A stretch of 64,000 nt of DNA, taken from assembly GCA_028280105.1 (NCBI GenBank), contig JANQML010000093.1, positions 1,206-65,205 on the forward strand, in the 5' to 3' direction. The notes under the pieces were generated by a model. It worked only from the letters and a program-made list of their open reading frames with translations, had not been told where the DNA came from and did no database searches. This DNA is from Desulfobacula sp. GTDB taxonomy: Bacteria > Desulfobacterota > Desulfobacteria > Desulfobacterales > Desulfobacteraceae. Made by a program: the position numbers and the translations under genes. Position 1 is the stretch's first letter; each line of letters begins with the position of its first letter. Of the stretch, positions 40,511 to 50,226 are shown one piece after another.

Positions 40511-40726
40511 ATGGAACTACAAGACTATTGCAACGCAATTTCAATTGAAATCAACGCATGCCAAGAGAAATTATCGGCAATTAAAAAAATCGTTGAGGCC
40601 GACAGTTCCGGATTGAACGCAAATATTCGACCTTTTATTGAGCAGCTCGATCAGCTTATCGGACAACTGGATCGGAAAATCGTCAAAACGCAGCTGCGTA
40701 TCAGTCAGAAGGAGATTCTACTATGA
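40511..40726 (+). CDS. small coiled-coil hypothetical protein
   Basis: 71 aa ORF with ATG start and amphipathic helical character. Confidence 0.5.
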   Translation: MELQDYCNAISIEINACQEKLSAIKKIVEADSSGLNANIRPFIEQLDQLIGQLDRKIVKTQLRISQKEILL

Positions 40727-40811
40727 AAGAGATCATTGAATATATGGCCCAGGCTTAGGTTGACAACCCTTCCCAAGTAAATGTGAAAGAGATTCGTACC
40801 AATCAGACGAC
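40723..40811 (+). pseudogene. khpA: KhpA (KH-domain RNA-binding protein) 5' fragment
   Basis: AAGGAG RBS then MKEIIEYMAQA*VDNPSQVNVKEIRTNQTT; TAG at 40756-40758 replaces the Leu of the ALVDNP motif; truncated against pyrF. Confidence 0.65.
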
Positions 40812-41537
40812 TTATTCGCTAACGGCGGAATCAATTTCCGCAGCCACCATCTGAGCGGCTTTCACCGGATCATCCGCATCTTTTATGGGCCGGCCGATAA
40901 CAATCAGATCAGACCCCAGTTTTACCGCCTGCCCCGGAGTGGTGACCCGCTTTTGATCATCATCTTTCAGCACCGCCCATTTGGGGCGGATCCCGGGAGT
41001 TACGGCCAGAAATGACGGGCCAAAGCGTTTTTTAATTGTTGCCGCCTCATTTCCGGAGCAGACAATTCCGGTGCATCCGGCATCTTTGGCCATCCGGGCA
41101 CGAAGCATAACCAGCTTTTGCAGATCATCGACAAAGTCGTTTTTAAATCCGGCAGCATCCACCATGGCGGCATCATTATCGGTCAGTAAAGTGACCCCGA
41201 GCACCCCTGTTTTTCCCTGTCCGCCGTCAACCGCTTTTTTTAGCATGGACACAGAGGAACAGTGAACCGTGACAAGATCGACATTAAGATCCGCCACCCG
41301 GGCCATGGCTCGTTGAACCGTGGCCGATATGTCATGGAGTTTGAGATCCAGAAATATCCGGGCGCCGCTCATCTCCTTTACCATTTTAACGACTGCCGGC
41401 CCCTGATCAATGAACAACTCCAGACCGATTTTAAACATGCCGACCTGACCGTCCAGCATCTTTACAAAGTCCCGGGTTTCTTTCAGAGAAGAAAAATCCA
41501 GCGGGAAGACAATATACTCTTTTCCTTGCTTTTGCAT
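40812..41537 (-). CDS. pyrF: orotidine 5'-phosphate decarboxylase
   Basis: KIGLELF, DLKLHDISATV, VTPGIRP, VIGRPI. Confidence 0.96.
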   Translation of the reverse strand: MQKQGKEYIVFPLDFSSLKETRDFVKMLDGQVGMFKIGLELFIDQGPAVVKMVKEMSGARIFLDLKLHDISATVQRAMARVADLNVDLVTVHCSSVSMLKKAVDGGQGKTGVLGVTLLTDNDAAMVDAAGFKNDFVDDLQKLVMLRARMAKDAGCTGIVCSGNEAATIKKRFGPSFLAVTPGIRPKWAVLKDDDQKRVTTPGQAVKLGSDLIVIGRPIKDADDPVKAAQMVAAEIDSAVSE

Positions 41538-41562
41538 CAGCACTCCTCTTTTTATTAAACAG

Positions 41563-44500
41563 TTATGAAATTTCATCAGCCACAGGCAAATTTTCCGAGA
41601 GGGGAATCTCCTTTTTTATAAACAGGCCTTTGATATCTTCAAGAATCATATAAAGACAGGGGACCATGATCAGGGTAATAAAGGTGGCAAATAGAATCCC
41701 GAAGCCCAGGGAGATCGCCATGGGTATCAGGAACCGGGCCTGCCGGGATGTCTCCAGAATAATGGGAGCCAGCCCTCCGCAAGTGGTCAATGTTGTCAGG
41801 AGAATCGGACGGAAACGCTGAATGGCGGCCTTTTGAACCGCCTCACGAACCGGTGTTCCCATCCGGTACAATCGATTGGCAAAATCGATCAGAATAAGAG
41901 AGCCGTTCACCACCACACCGGACATGGCCACCACGCCAAACAGGCTCATCAGGGAGAGTGAATACCCCATGATCAGATGACCGGCAATGGCGCCGATAAT
42001 GCCGAACGGAATACAGAACATGATAATCAGCGGCTGGGTATAACTTCTGAACGGAACGGCCAGCAGGGCAAATATACAGGCAAGCGCCATTCCCAGACCT
42101 TGCAGAAGAGCGGAGACACTCTCCTTGATATCTGCCTGACGCCCTTTGAACCCATAGGTCAGTCCGGGGAATTTACCCACCAGTTCGGGTAAGATGTCCC
42201 GTCTCATATCCCGGACCACGTTTTCCGCCTGGGACGGGGGTCTGACATTGGCCGTCACCCGGATTTCCCGTTTTCCATCGGTTCGTTTAATGGATGTATA
42301 TGCCCTCCCGGTAAGGGTTCTAACCGCATGCCGCAACTGTATTTCTCCCCCCGGCGCCTGGATGACCATCTCTTCAAAAGTGGATTCGGCCATCCGTTCG
42401 GCTTCGGGCAGACGGACCCGGACCGTTACCTCGTTTTTTCCCCGCTGATTGATCACGGCAATTGCCCCCTGGAAGGAGTGGCGAATCTGGTTGGCGACCT
42501 CCCGGGAGGTCAGCCCCATCCGCTTCCCTTCCGGGCTCAAGGTAATATCAAACTGTTTTTTTCCTTTGGCAGACCCGTCATCCAGATCATTGACAATGGG
42601 ATATTCGGCAAGATTCCGGGCCAACTCCTCTCCTGCCCGGTCCAGCATATCTTTATCCCGGTGGCTCAAACTGACGGTAAGATTTTTTCCAGATCCCGGA
42701 CCACCCCGGTCGGATTCAAAAGTAAGGCTCTCCAGTCCCGGGATATTGCCTGCTTTTTCCCGCCAGATATCCGTTACTGCCGTGGTGCTCAGCGGCCGGA
42801 TTTCAGGGTCGGTCAAATAAATCCAGACCCTTATGTCATTTTCATTCACCCGGGAAAAAATGCCGGTAGACAACCCTTCCTTCCCGTTTTCTTCAACCAC
42901 ATCTTCCGCTCTTTTTACCAGGTATTGCTCGACTTTCCTCAAGGTTTCAGCTGGTGTTCCAAAGGGTAGGACCGCTTCGCAAAATGCATAGTCAGACTCA
43001 ATCTTGGGAAACATTTCCATCCCCAGCCTGCCGGAGGCAATGAATCCGGCCGTGGTTAACAACAACGCCAGACCAAAAGCGATCACCGTATACCGGTATT
43101 TGAGGAAAACCAGAAGCAGGCCGCCATAGTATTTTTTCACCGATCGCTCAAAAAAGTAACTGAACCCTTCCTGCCACCGCTGGAGGTAGTTGAGCGGAAA
43201 AAACAGGGGGCGCGGTTTATGGCTTAAATGAGCCGGTAAAATCAACAGGCATTCAATGAGGGAGACCAGGAAAACGGCAATAACAACAATGGGGACGACT
43301 TTGAAAATTTTACCCATAATTCCGGGAACGAATAACAACGGAAGAAATGCCACCATGTTGGTGATTACTGAAAAGACAACGGGGGTGGCAATGCTTCTGG
43401 TTCCGCTGATAGCGGCCGTTAAAGCCGGTATGCCTTGGCGCCGGCTTTGATAGATATTCTCACCCACCACGACGGCATCATCCACCACAATTCCCAATGT
43501 AACGATAAATGCAAACATGGATACCATGTTGATGGAAAAATCAGTGGTGGACAAAAAAAGAAATGATCCCAGAAAGGAGATAAGGATACCCACGCTTACC
43601 CAGAACGCCAGACGAATCTCAAGGAATACGGCTAAAAAGAGGAAAACCAGCCCAAGCCCGAGATAGGCATTGCGAAGCAGCAGATCCGCCCGCTGGGCAA
43701 AAATCTTTGACAGATCCCTCAGCACGGTCAACTCAATGCCGTCCGGCAGTAATGCATTGATCTGTTCCACCCGTGCCAGTCCCCGTTCAGCCACCTGGGT
43801 GGGGGTCTGATCACCCACCCGGTAAATTTCAATAACCACTGCCCGTCTGCCGTTAAATGACGCCCAGGTATCGGTATCCTCAAATCCTTCTTTTACAACC
43901 CCAATATCCTCAAGCAGAATCCGGGAGCCGTCTTCAGAAGTAATAATCGGCAATTCAGCATATTGCCGGGCATAATCCCTTCTGTCTTTTATACGGAGCA
44001 GGATATCCCCGCCCGACGTATCGATACTTCCGCCTCCCAGTTCCACAGAGGCCTGAGAAATCGTCCGGGCCACATCTTCAAGGGTAATGCCGTACCGCCT
44101 GAGCGTCTGTTTGGATATCTCCACATGGATCTCCCGGTCCCTGACGCCGGCCAGTTCGACTTGGGTAATCCCTTCATCTGCCAGCAGCTCATCCCGGATC
44201 TGATCGGCAAGCGCCCGCATGGTGGTCTCTTCGGCGTCTCCGGAGAGTGCCAGCCGAAGCACCTCTCTTTTTCTGGCTGCAATGGATACCTGGGGTTCCT
44301 CGGCTTCACCCGGCATCGTGGTGATCCGGTCTATTTCACTCTTAATCTCCTGCCAGAGCCGGGTAATCTCCGTACCTTCCAATGCTTCCACACTAACGGA
44401 GGCCACCCCTTCACCGGCGGTGGATCGGATTTCATCGATCCCCTCCAGATCCTGTATCGCCTCTTCAATGGCCATGATAATGCCGTTTTCCACCTCTTCG

Positions 44501-44697
44501 GGGCTGGCACCGGGATAGACCACGGAAATATTAACCATATCGATGCTGAATTCGGGAAAGACCTCCTGCTTGATATTAAATCCCATGAAAAGCCCGCCTG
44601 CCAGGAGGACAAACATAAGCAGATTGGCAGCCACTGTGTTCCCGGCCATCCACGCAATGGGTCCTTTGGGTGATGAAACCCGCTCCTCCGAAGTCAT
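41563..44697 (-). CDS. RND efflux permease (AcrB family)
   Basis: 1044 aa, GIVVDDAVVVGEN, RFRPILLTT, 12-TM pattern. Confidence 0.95.
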   Translation of the reverse strand: MTSEERVSSPKGPIAWMAGNTVAANLLMFVLLAGGLFMGFNIKQEVFPEFSIDMVNISVVYPGASPEEVENGIIMAIEEAIQDLEGIDEIRSTAGEGVASVSVEALEGTEITRLWQEIKSEIDRITTMPGEAEEPQVSIAARKREVLRLALSGDAEETTMRALADQIRDELLADEGITQVELAGVRDREIHVEISKQTLRRYGITLEDVARTISQASVELGGGSIDTSGGDILLRIKDRRDYARQYAELPIITSEDGSRILLEDIGVVKEGFEDTDTWASFNGRRAVVIEIYRVGDQTPTQVAERGLARVEQINALLPDGIELTVLRDLSKIFAQRADLLLRNAYLGLGLVFLFLAVFLEIRLAFWVSVGILISFLGSFLFLSTTDFSINMVSMFAFIVTLGIVVDDAVVVGENIYQSRRQGIPALTAAISGTRSIATPVVFSVITNMVAFLPLLFVPGIMGKIFKVVPIVVIAVFLVSLIECLLILPAHLSHKPRPLFFPLNYLQRWQEGFSYFFERSVKKYYGGLLLVFLKYRYTVIAFGLALLLTTAGFIASGRLGMEMFPKIESDYAFCEAVLPFGTPAETLRKVEQYLVKRAEDVVEENGKEGLSTGIFSRVNENDIRVWIYLTDPEIRPLSTTAVTDIWREKAGNIPGLESLTFESDRGGPGSGKNLTVSLSHRDKDMLDRAGEELARNLAEYPIVNDLDDGSAKGKKQFDITLSPEGKRMGLTSREVANQIRHSFQGAIAVINQRGKNEVTVRVRLPEAERMAESTFEEMVIQAPGGEIQLRHAVRTLTGRAYTSIKRTDGKREIRVTANVRPPSQAENVVRDMRRDILPELVGKFPGLTYGFKGRQADIKESVSALLQGLGMALACIFALLAVPFRSYTQPLIIMFCIPFGIIGAIAGHLIMGYSLSLMSLFGVVAMSGVVVNGSLILIDFANRLYRMGTPVREAVQKAAIQRFRPILLTTLTTCGGLAPIILETSRQARFLIPMAISLGFGILFATFITLIMVPCLYMILEDIKGLFIKKEIPLSENLPVADEIS

Positions 44698-45878
44698 GAC
44701 CGGCTCCCCGAAGCCGTTTGCAGGGCCATTCCCTCTATCGGTGTCGGCAGAGCCGACACAATCAGGCGGTCACCTGCCCGGATACCGGAGCGGACAAAGA
44801 CGACGCCGTCTTCCTTCCAGGCAAAATCGACCTGTCTTATTTCCAAACGTCCGTTGTTATAAATCCATACTGTATCATTGTCTCTTAAATAGGTTCGGGG
44901 AAGGGAAAACACATTCTCAAGCACCCGGCTCATGATTTTAACCTCAACATGATCATCCAGCAGCAATGGCCCGCCCCTTTCTTTCCGGTTTAAGCCCAGG
45001 GGATCATCCACCAGGATAATCACCCCGGCCATTCTGCTGTTGGGGGCCACTCTCCCGGTAAACCGGACCACTCTTCCCGGCCACTCCTGATTCGAAAACC
45101 GGGAATGAACAACCACTTTAGATCCGGAAACTTCCCCGGTCTTTATGGCGTCCAGTTTATCCGGCGGTACCTGGGCTTCCACCTGGAACAGATCCACATC
45201 CACCAGTGTGGCAAGCATGTCCTGGGCGGTCACCAAAGACCCGATACTAACATTTTTCTCCAGGATAAGGGCATTGAACGGCAGAACCACCTTGGTCCTG
45301 GACAGATTGAGCTTCGCGGATTCAAGGTCGGCCCGCGCCCTGTCCACATCGGCTTTGGCCTGGATCAGCTGGGGCTTTCTCAACGCCAGATCGGTCTCTT
45401 TAATTTCCCCCAGCCCCGCCTGCTTGATCAAGTTCAGTTCTTCCTTGGCGATTTTCTGGCTGCCCAGTTCAATTTCAAAATCAGATACGGCTTTCTCCAG
45501 TTCGCTGGCCGCTTTTTTCACCTCTATCTGATAATCCAGGTCCTCAATTGTCAAAAGAATATCACCCTTTTTCATCAACCCGCCAAGGACAAAATCCGAT
45601 GATATGGATACCACCTCTCCTGCGACCTTTGATTTGATTACAATCTGCTGATCCGGCTTCACTGTTCCCATGGCATGCACCGTACTTTGATACGTACCCG
45701 GCTGCATCTCCACGGTTTCAACCATCACAGCCTGTTTTTTCGGGGGCTGCCGCTTTATTTTCGTCTCTTTTGATTTATAGTATCTGAATCCGCCCACCCC
45801 GGCCAGTATCAGGCAGATCGGCATAACTATGCTCATTATTTTTGCCAACAGGGTATATTCTTTCTTAGTGCCGCTCAT
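44694..45878 (-). CDS. RND periplasmic adaptor (membrane fusion protein)
   Basis: N-terminal TM, lipoyl half-motifs, alpha hairpin, LPFNA. Confidence 0.92.
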   Translation of the reverse strand: MSGTKKEYTLLAKIMSIVMPICLILAGVGGFRYYKSKETKIKRQPPKKQAVMVETVEMQPGTYQSTVHAMGTVKPDQQIVIKSKVAGEVVSISSDFVLGGLMKKGDILLTIEDLDYQIEVKKAASELEKAVSDFEIELGSQKIAKEELNLIKQAGLGEIKETDLALRKPQLIQAKADVDRARADLESAKLNLSRTKVVLPFNALILEKNVSIGSLVTAQDMLATLVDVDLFQVEAQVPPDKLDAIKTGEVSGSKVVVHSRFSNQEWPGRVVRFTGRVAPNSRMAGVIILVDDPLGLNRKERGGPLLLDDHVEVKIMSRVLENVFSLPRTYLRDNDTVWIYNNGRLEIRQVDFAWKEDGVVFVRSGIRAGDRLIVSALPTPIEGMALQTASGSRS

Positions 45879-47317
45879 TTATTGTCACTCCGTAAACCGT
45901 CAATTCTATCTTCATCCGATCCTTTATCTATCAGCCAGCCAAGCGCTGCATAAAGCCCGATCCTCTCTTTTAAATAGGTTGCCTTCTCCCGGATCAGTTG
46001 CCGCTCGAGAAACTCAATTCGGCTCCAGACCGTCAAATAGTTTAAATAAGAACTCTGGCCGTTTCGGTACTGCAGCATGGCATCCTTTAGTGTCAGTCCG
46101 GCCAGCGCCAGTTCTTCCTCTAACAACCGGATGAAATCCTCTTGTTTGTCAATGCTCACCAGGCTGTCTTCCACCTCACGGATGGCCTGGGATACGGTTT
46201 GCACATATAATTGGACCTGCTCCCGGGCAACGGCCATTGTCCGCTCAACTTCAGCCTGCCTTAAACCGGCATCAAAGATAGGTCCCACAATATCGGCTGC
46301 CAGGCTGGCAACCCAGTTTTGAAACAGCAAATCAAGTTCTCCGCTGGAAAAGAGGGCCTGTGCAGAGAGGTTCAACGACGGCAACCGGTCCGCCTCCGCT
46401 TCCCGCACATCCTGTCCGGCCGCCTCAACCCTTAGCCACGCGGCCTGGATATCAGGTCTGTTATTGAGCAAATCCGCCGGTATCCCCACGTCCGGAAGCG
46501 GTACAGGTTCAGGCAGCACCTGGGTAGTAACCGTTATCGAACCCATATCGGTTTTACCGGACAGAACCGCCAGGCTGTTGAGCGAAAGCCGTTCATTTCT
46601 TTCAACCAATGGTTTCTGGCTGCTCGCCTCTGCAAGGGCTTCCCGCTGCTGGGACACATCAAGCGCATTGGCCTGCCCGTTGGAAAATCTCAATTTCTGG
46701 AGTTCTAAAAGCGTCCGGTTGATTTCAACCTGCTGATCCAGAATCATCCCTTCATTTCTGGCGGCAATCACATCAATCCACGTCTGAGCAGCCTGGGTGG
46801 TCACCGTTATGATTCTATCCGTCAGATCCAGTTTCGCTGCCATCAGAGCCAGCCGTTGGGATTGCTCTCCAGCCTCAAACTCCCCCCAGATATCTGCCGT
46901 AAACGAAGAGGTCAATCCCGCATCCCAGGAGTGGCTGCCGTCATGGGAACGATTCGAAGCTGTGCGTTCTTTTCTTTCTCTTCTCTGTCCCCCCAAAGAA
47001 AAATCAAGATCCGGAAAAAAAGAGGATTGCTCTTTTTTAAGGTTGGCTCTTTCCCGTTCAATTCTTGATTCTAAAGTTTTGATATCAAAGTTGTGGGATT
47101 GAACCTGTTCAATCAAACCGGTCAGTTCCTCATTGCCAAAGACTTCCCAGAAACGTTCTCCCCTACCGACTGGGTTGGATGCCGAATGCTTTGCTGTTTG
47201 GCTGAAAGATGGGGGTATCTGTGACTCAGAAGGAAGAACGGGTTCTGTTTTCAGTGTCCTGCATCCGGATAAAAGCAATACCGGGATCAGCAAAACAGAT
47301 ATGGCAACTTGATTCAT
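45875..47317 (-). CDS. outer membrane efflux factor (TolC/NodT lipoprotein)
   Basis: Lipobox LSGC, LLNNRPDI, GPIFDAG. Confidence 0.92.
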   Translation of the reverse strand: MNQVAISVLLIPVLLLSGCRTLKTEPVLPSESQIPPSFSQTAKHSASNPVGRGERFWEVFGNEELTGLIEQVQSHNFDIKTLESRIERERANLKKEQSSFFPDLDFSLGGQRRERKERTASNRSHDGSHSWDAGLTSSFTADIWGEFEAGEQSQRLALMAAKLDLTDRIITVTTQAAQTWIDVIAARNEGMILDQQVEINRTLLELQKLRFSNGQANALDVSQQREALAEASSQKPLVERNERLSLNSLAVLSGKTDMGSITVTTQVLPEPVPLPDVGIPADLLNNRPDIQAAWLRVEAAGQDVREAEADRLPSLNLSAQALFSSGELDLLFQNWVASLAADIVGPIFDAGLRQAEVERTMAVAREQVQLYVQTVSQAIREVEDSLVSIDKQEDFIRLLEEELALAGLTLKDAMLQYRNGQSSYLNYLTVWSRIEFLERQLIREKATYLKERIGLYAALGWLIDKGSDEDRIDGLRSDNK

Positions 47318-47597
47318 GTTTCCTTTCCAGATGATTCAAACCCCGGCCTGACCTGGTCTATCCATCCTGCTTAAATTTATGACCGGACCCCCCGGGTATT
47401 CTTTGTCGGAAGAAACCGGCCAGGGTCATGTTTTATCAACGGCAGGGAATATTCCCTGTTCTGTTGTTAATATTCTGCGGATACCCTAATCCACATTCAC
47501 AAATATGGCAATACAGATCCCAAAAGATTTAAGAGCCGGTCTCATATCAGGTTCGGCCGCTCCGGAACCGGCATAATCGTAAATGAACAACTAAATT

Positions 47598-47613
47598 AGC
47601 AATCCGTGTGCCA
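47598..47613 (-). promoter_or_regulatory. sigma-54 promoter for the RND operon
   Basis: Minus strand TGGCACA-CGGA-TTGCT. Confidence 0.65.
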
Positions 47614-47942
47614 TTGTTAAAAAACTTTTTATCTATTTAATAATACACTTTTTTTAAAAAAATAAGAATAGCAGCCGATCCGAGCAATGGATACAAATTA
47701 CCCGGACCTCAACGACAAATAGGTATTTTTTACTCATCTTTTCCCGATTTGCTCTTTGCCTGTCAACAGTTGACTCCTTTTTAATAATATTCTAGGATTC
47801 TCTCACCTCATTGATTGTAGACCCATCTGTCTTCATTATTATTTTTTTACCGGCATCTTTTGAGTTAACTTTAATTTAAAAATTTTTGTGCAACCTTAGG
47901 TTAAGGTTTACAAAACTGATAAGGATTGGTACTGATCTCATC

Positions 47943-49610
47943 ATGGTTAAAACGGCAATTATAGAAGATTCAAAGGCCCTTTCAGGTCTCTACGCAGCCT
48001 ATCTCAAAGATTCTGAATTCAATGCCCGCATCTTTGAATCAACGCCTTCGGACATCGAACGGCTGATTAAGGAGGGAGGATTCAAACTGGTTGTCTGCCC
48101 GGGTTTTCCCAAATACCAAACCGGCCCCCGGATTGTCCAGACCATAAAATCCGATTCAAACCTGTCAAAAACGGCCATTGTCATTTCCACCAGCATGCAA
48201 CAAGAGTGTGTCCGCTCCGAATGGGATTTAAGGGATATCGACAGTCTTCTGATCAAACCTTTTGATCAGAAGACGCTCAAAAAGACCTTGTCAGATGCGG
48301 TTTCCAACAGCCCGGCACAATTACGGGAAAATCCGTTTGCCCTGGTCATTGATGACTCCAAAGCGGTTCGAAACCGTTTGTCATCCTATTTAAACGCACT
48401 GGGATTTGATGTTGAAACCGCATCGGACGGGATGGACGGACTCAAAGCGGTTTCGGAAAAAAGACCGGACCTGATCCTGGTGGATGTTGAAATGCCGATA
48501 TTAAACGGATTCGATTTTTGCAGGCAACTGTCACGGGAACCGGAAATTAAAAGCATTCCCACCATTGTTGTCAGCGGAACCATTGATGAAAAACAGTTCA
48601 GAAAAGGATTCAGATCCGGTGCCATTGATTTTCTGCAAAAACCGGTCTCCCAGCCGGCCCTGGCTGCAATCATCGAATCGGTCTCTGTAAGAGATAGCCA
48701 TCGTTCAGACGGCACCACCATGATTTTAAGCCGGGACACCACATTGACATCCATTCTCAGCAAATCCCTTAACTTCCTGAATTCCAGTATCAATGTCACC
48801 GCCACCCTGGAGGAACTGGAGACTTATCTGTGCGTGACCACCCCGGATATCGTTATTCTGGATTTAAGTGACAGCACGGAAAAACTGACGATATGCCAAC
48901 AGGTCAGAAAAATACTTGGCAATGATTCAACCGTCATTATTGCCGTTGCCGATGAATCTGACCGGGATACCATGTTTCAGTGCTTTAGGTTCGGGGCCAC
49001 TGAATTTATCATCAAACCCTTTGGCCGGGACGAGGTCAAAGCCCGGATTGAAAACCATATCAAGATAAAACGGCTCCAGGATGAGCTGGTGAAAAAAAAT
49101 AGAATCCTGGAGGCGCTGGCGTATAAAGACAAACTCACCGGCCTGATGAATCGTCGTTTTTTTGATAATGCAATAAAAGACGAACTTGACAAAGCCCGGA
49201 CCGCCCGGACCGATCTCACCTTTTTAATGGCCGACCTGGATAACTTCAAACGGGTGAATGATGATTTTGGCCATGATATCGGTGATATGGTCTTAAAAGA
49301 AGTGGCGGCAATGATCATGGACAACGTGCTGGAAAAAGCCATCCCCTGCCGGTACGGGGGAGAGGAATTCTGTATCATTTACCCGGATACACCGATATCG
49401 GAAGCATTAAAGAACTGTGAAAAAATAAAGCGGTATTGCAGCGTCAAACCCATTTCCCAACACCGGATCTACCAGACCTTCAGCGGCGGCCTGGCCTCTT
49501 TTCCGCAAACCAGTACCGCCGAGATGCTGATGCTGCATGCCGATGCCTGTTTATATAAAGCCAAGGAATCCGGGAAAAACAAAATAATTGCTCAGCCCGT
49601 TCAGGAATGA
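47943..49610 (+). CDS. multi-receiver diguanylate cyclase
   Basis: Three REC-like domains (middle one canonical: IDD, LVDVEMP, KP), then DKLTGL, DLDNFK, RYGGEEF. Confidence 0.9.
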   Translation: MVKTAIIEDSKALSGLYAAYLKDSEFNARIFESTPSDIERLIKEGGFKLVVCPGFPKYQTGPRIVQTIKSDSNLSKTAIVISTSMQQECVRSEWDLRDIDSLLIKPFDQKTLKKTLSDAVSNSPAQLRENPFALVIDDSKAVRNRLSSYLNALGFDVETASDGMDGLKAVSEKRPDLILVDVEMPILNGFDFCRQLSREPEIKSIPTIVVSGTIDEKQFRKGFRSGAIDFLQKPVSQPALAAIIESVSVRDSHRSDGTTMILSRDTTLTSILSKSLNFLNSSINVTATLEELETYLCVTTPDIVILDLSDSTEKLTICQQVRKILGNDSTVIIAVADESDRDTMFQCFRFGATEFIIKPFGRDEVKARIENHIKIKRLQDELVKKNRILEALAYKDKLTGLMNRRFFDNAIKDELDKARTARTDLTFLMADLDNFKRVNDDFGHDIGDMVLKEVAAMIMDNVLEKAIPCRYGGEEFCIIYPDTPISEALKNCEKIKRYCSVKPISQHRIYQTFSGGLASFPQTSTAEMLMLHADACLYKAKESGKNKIIAQPVQE

Positions 49611-49644
49611 GCCCTTTAAACCATCAACCCTGAATCAGGAAAAA

Positions 49645-50148
49645 ATGACCATGACAGCTAAAGAGAAAAACATATTGACCATGCTGGTTGAAAATGAACC
49701 CGGTGTAATGGCCAGGATTGCAGGACTGTTTGCCGGACGGGGGTATAATATCGAAACCATCAGCTCAGCTCCCACAGCTGATCCCAAAATGTCCCGAATC
49801 ACGATTGCCACAAAGGCCACCCCGCTCCAGCTGGAGCAATGCATGAAGCAGATCAAGCGCCTGGTCAATGTTGTCAAACTCCGTGACATGACCGGGAAAA
49901 TGGCCATAAAAAGGGAGATGGCCTTGATCTGCGCGGCCCATACACCGGAAAATAAAAACAGCCTGGATAAAATCATTGCCACCTATAACGGAGTCGTCAT
50001 GGATCAGGCCGAAGAATCAACCACATTTGAAGTCAACGGGAATCAGAATACGGTGGACCGGTTGATCGATGAACTCAAACCCTTTGGCATCAAAAAGATG
50101 GCGCGTTCAGGTATTCTGGCATTATACAAGGAGTCGGAACTGCACTAA
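49645..50148 (+). CDS. ilvH: acetolactate synthase regulatory (small) subunit
   Basis: LVENEPGVMARIAGLFAGRGYNIE, REMAL, ARSG. Confidence 0.88.
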   Translation: MTMTAKEKNILTMLVENEPGVMARIAGLFAGRGYNIETISSAPTADPKMSRITIATKATPLQLEQCMKQIKRLVNVVKLRDMTGKMAIKREMALICAAHTPENKNSLDKIIATYNGVVMDQAEESTTFEVNGNQNTVDRLIDELKPFGIKKMARSGILALYKESELH

Positions 50149-50226
50149 TCCAAACGGGTGGCTGCGCCAATTTGCATGGAACCGAACGCAAATGGAACCG
50201 GTTCTCTAATTACCCGTTATGCCCGA

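Noticed and set aside
40756-40758. In-frame TAG as pyrrolysine recoding
   Set aside because: Replaces a hydrophobic Leu and the gene is truncated anyway; a pseudogene is simpler.
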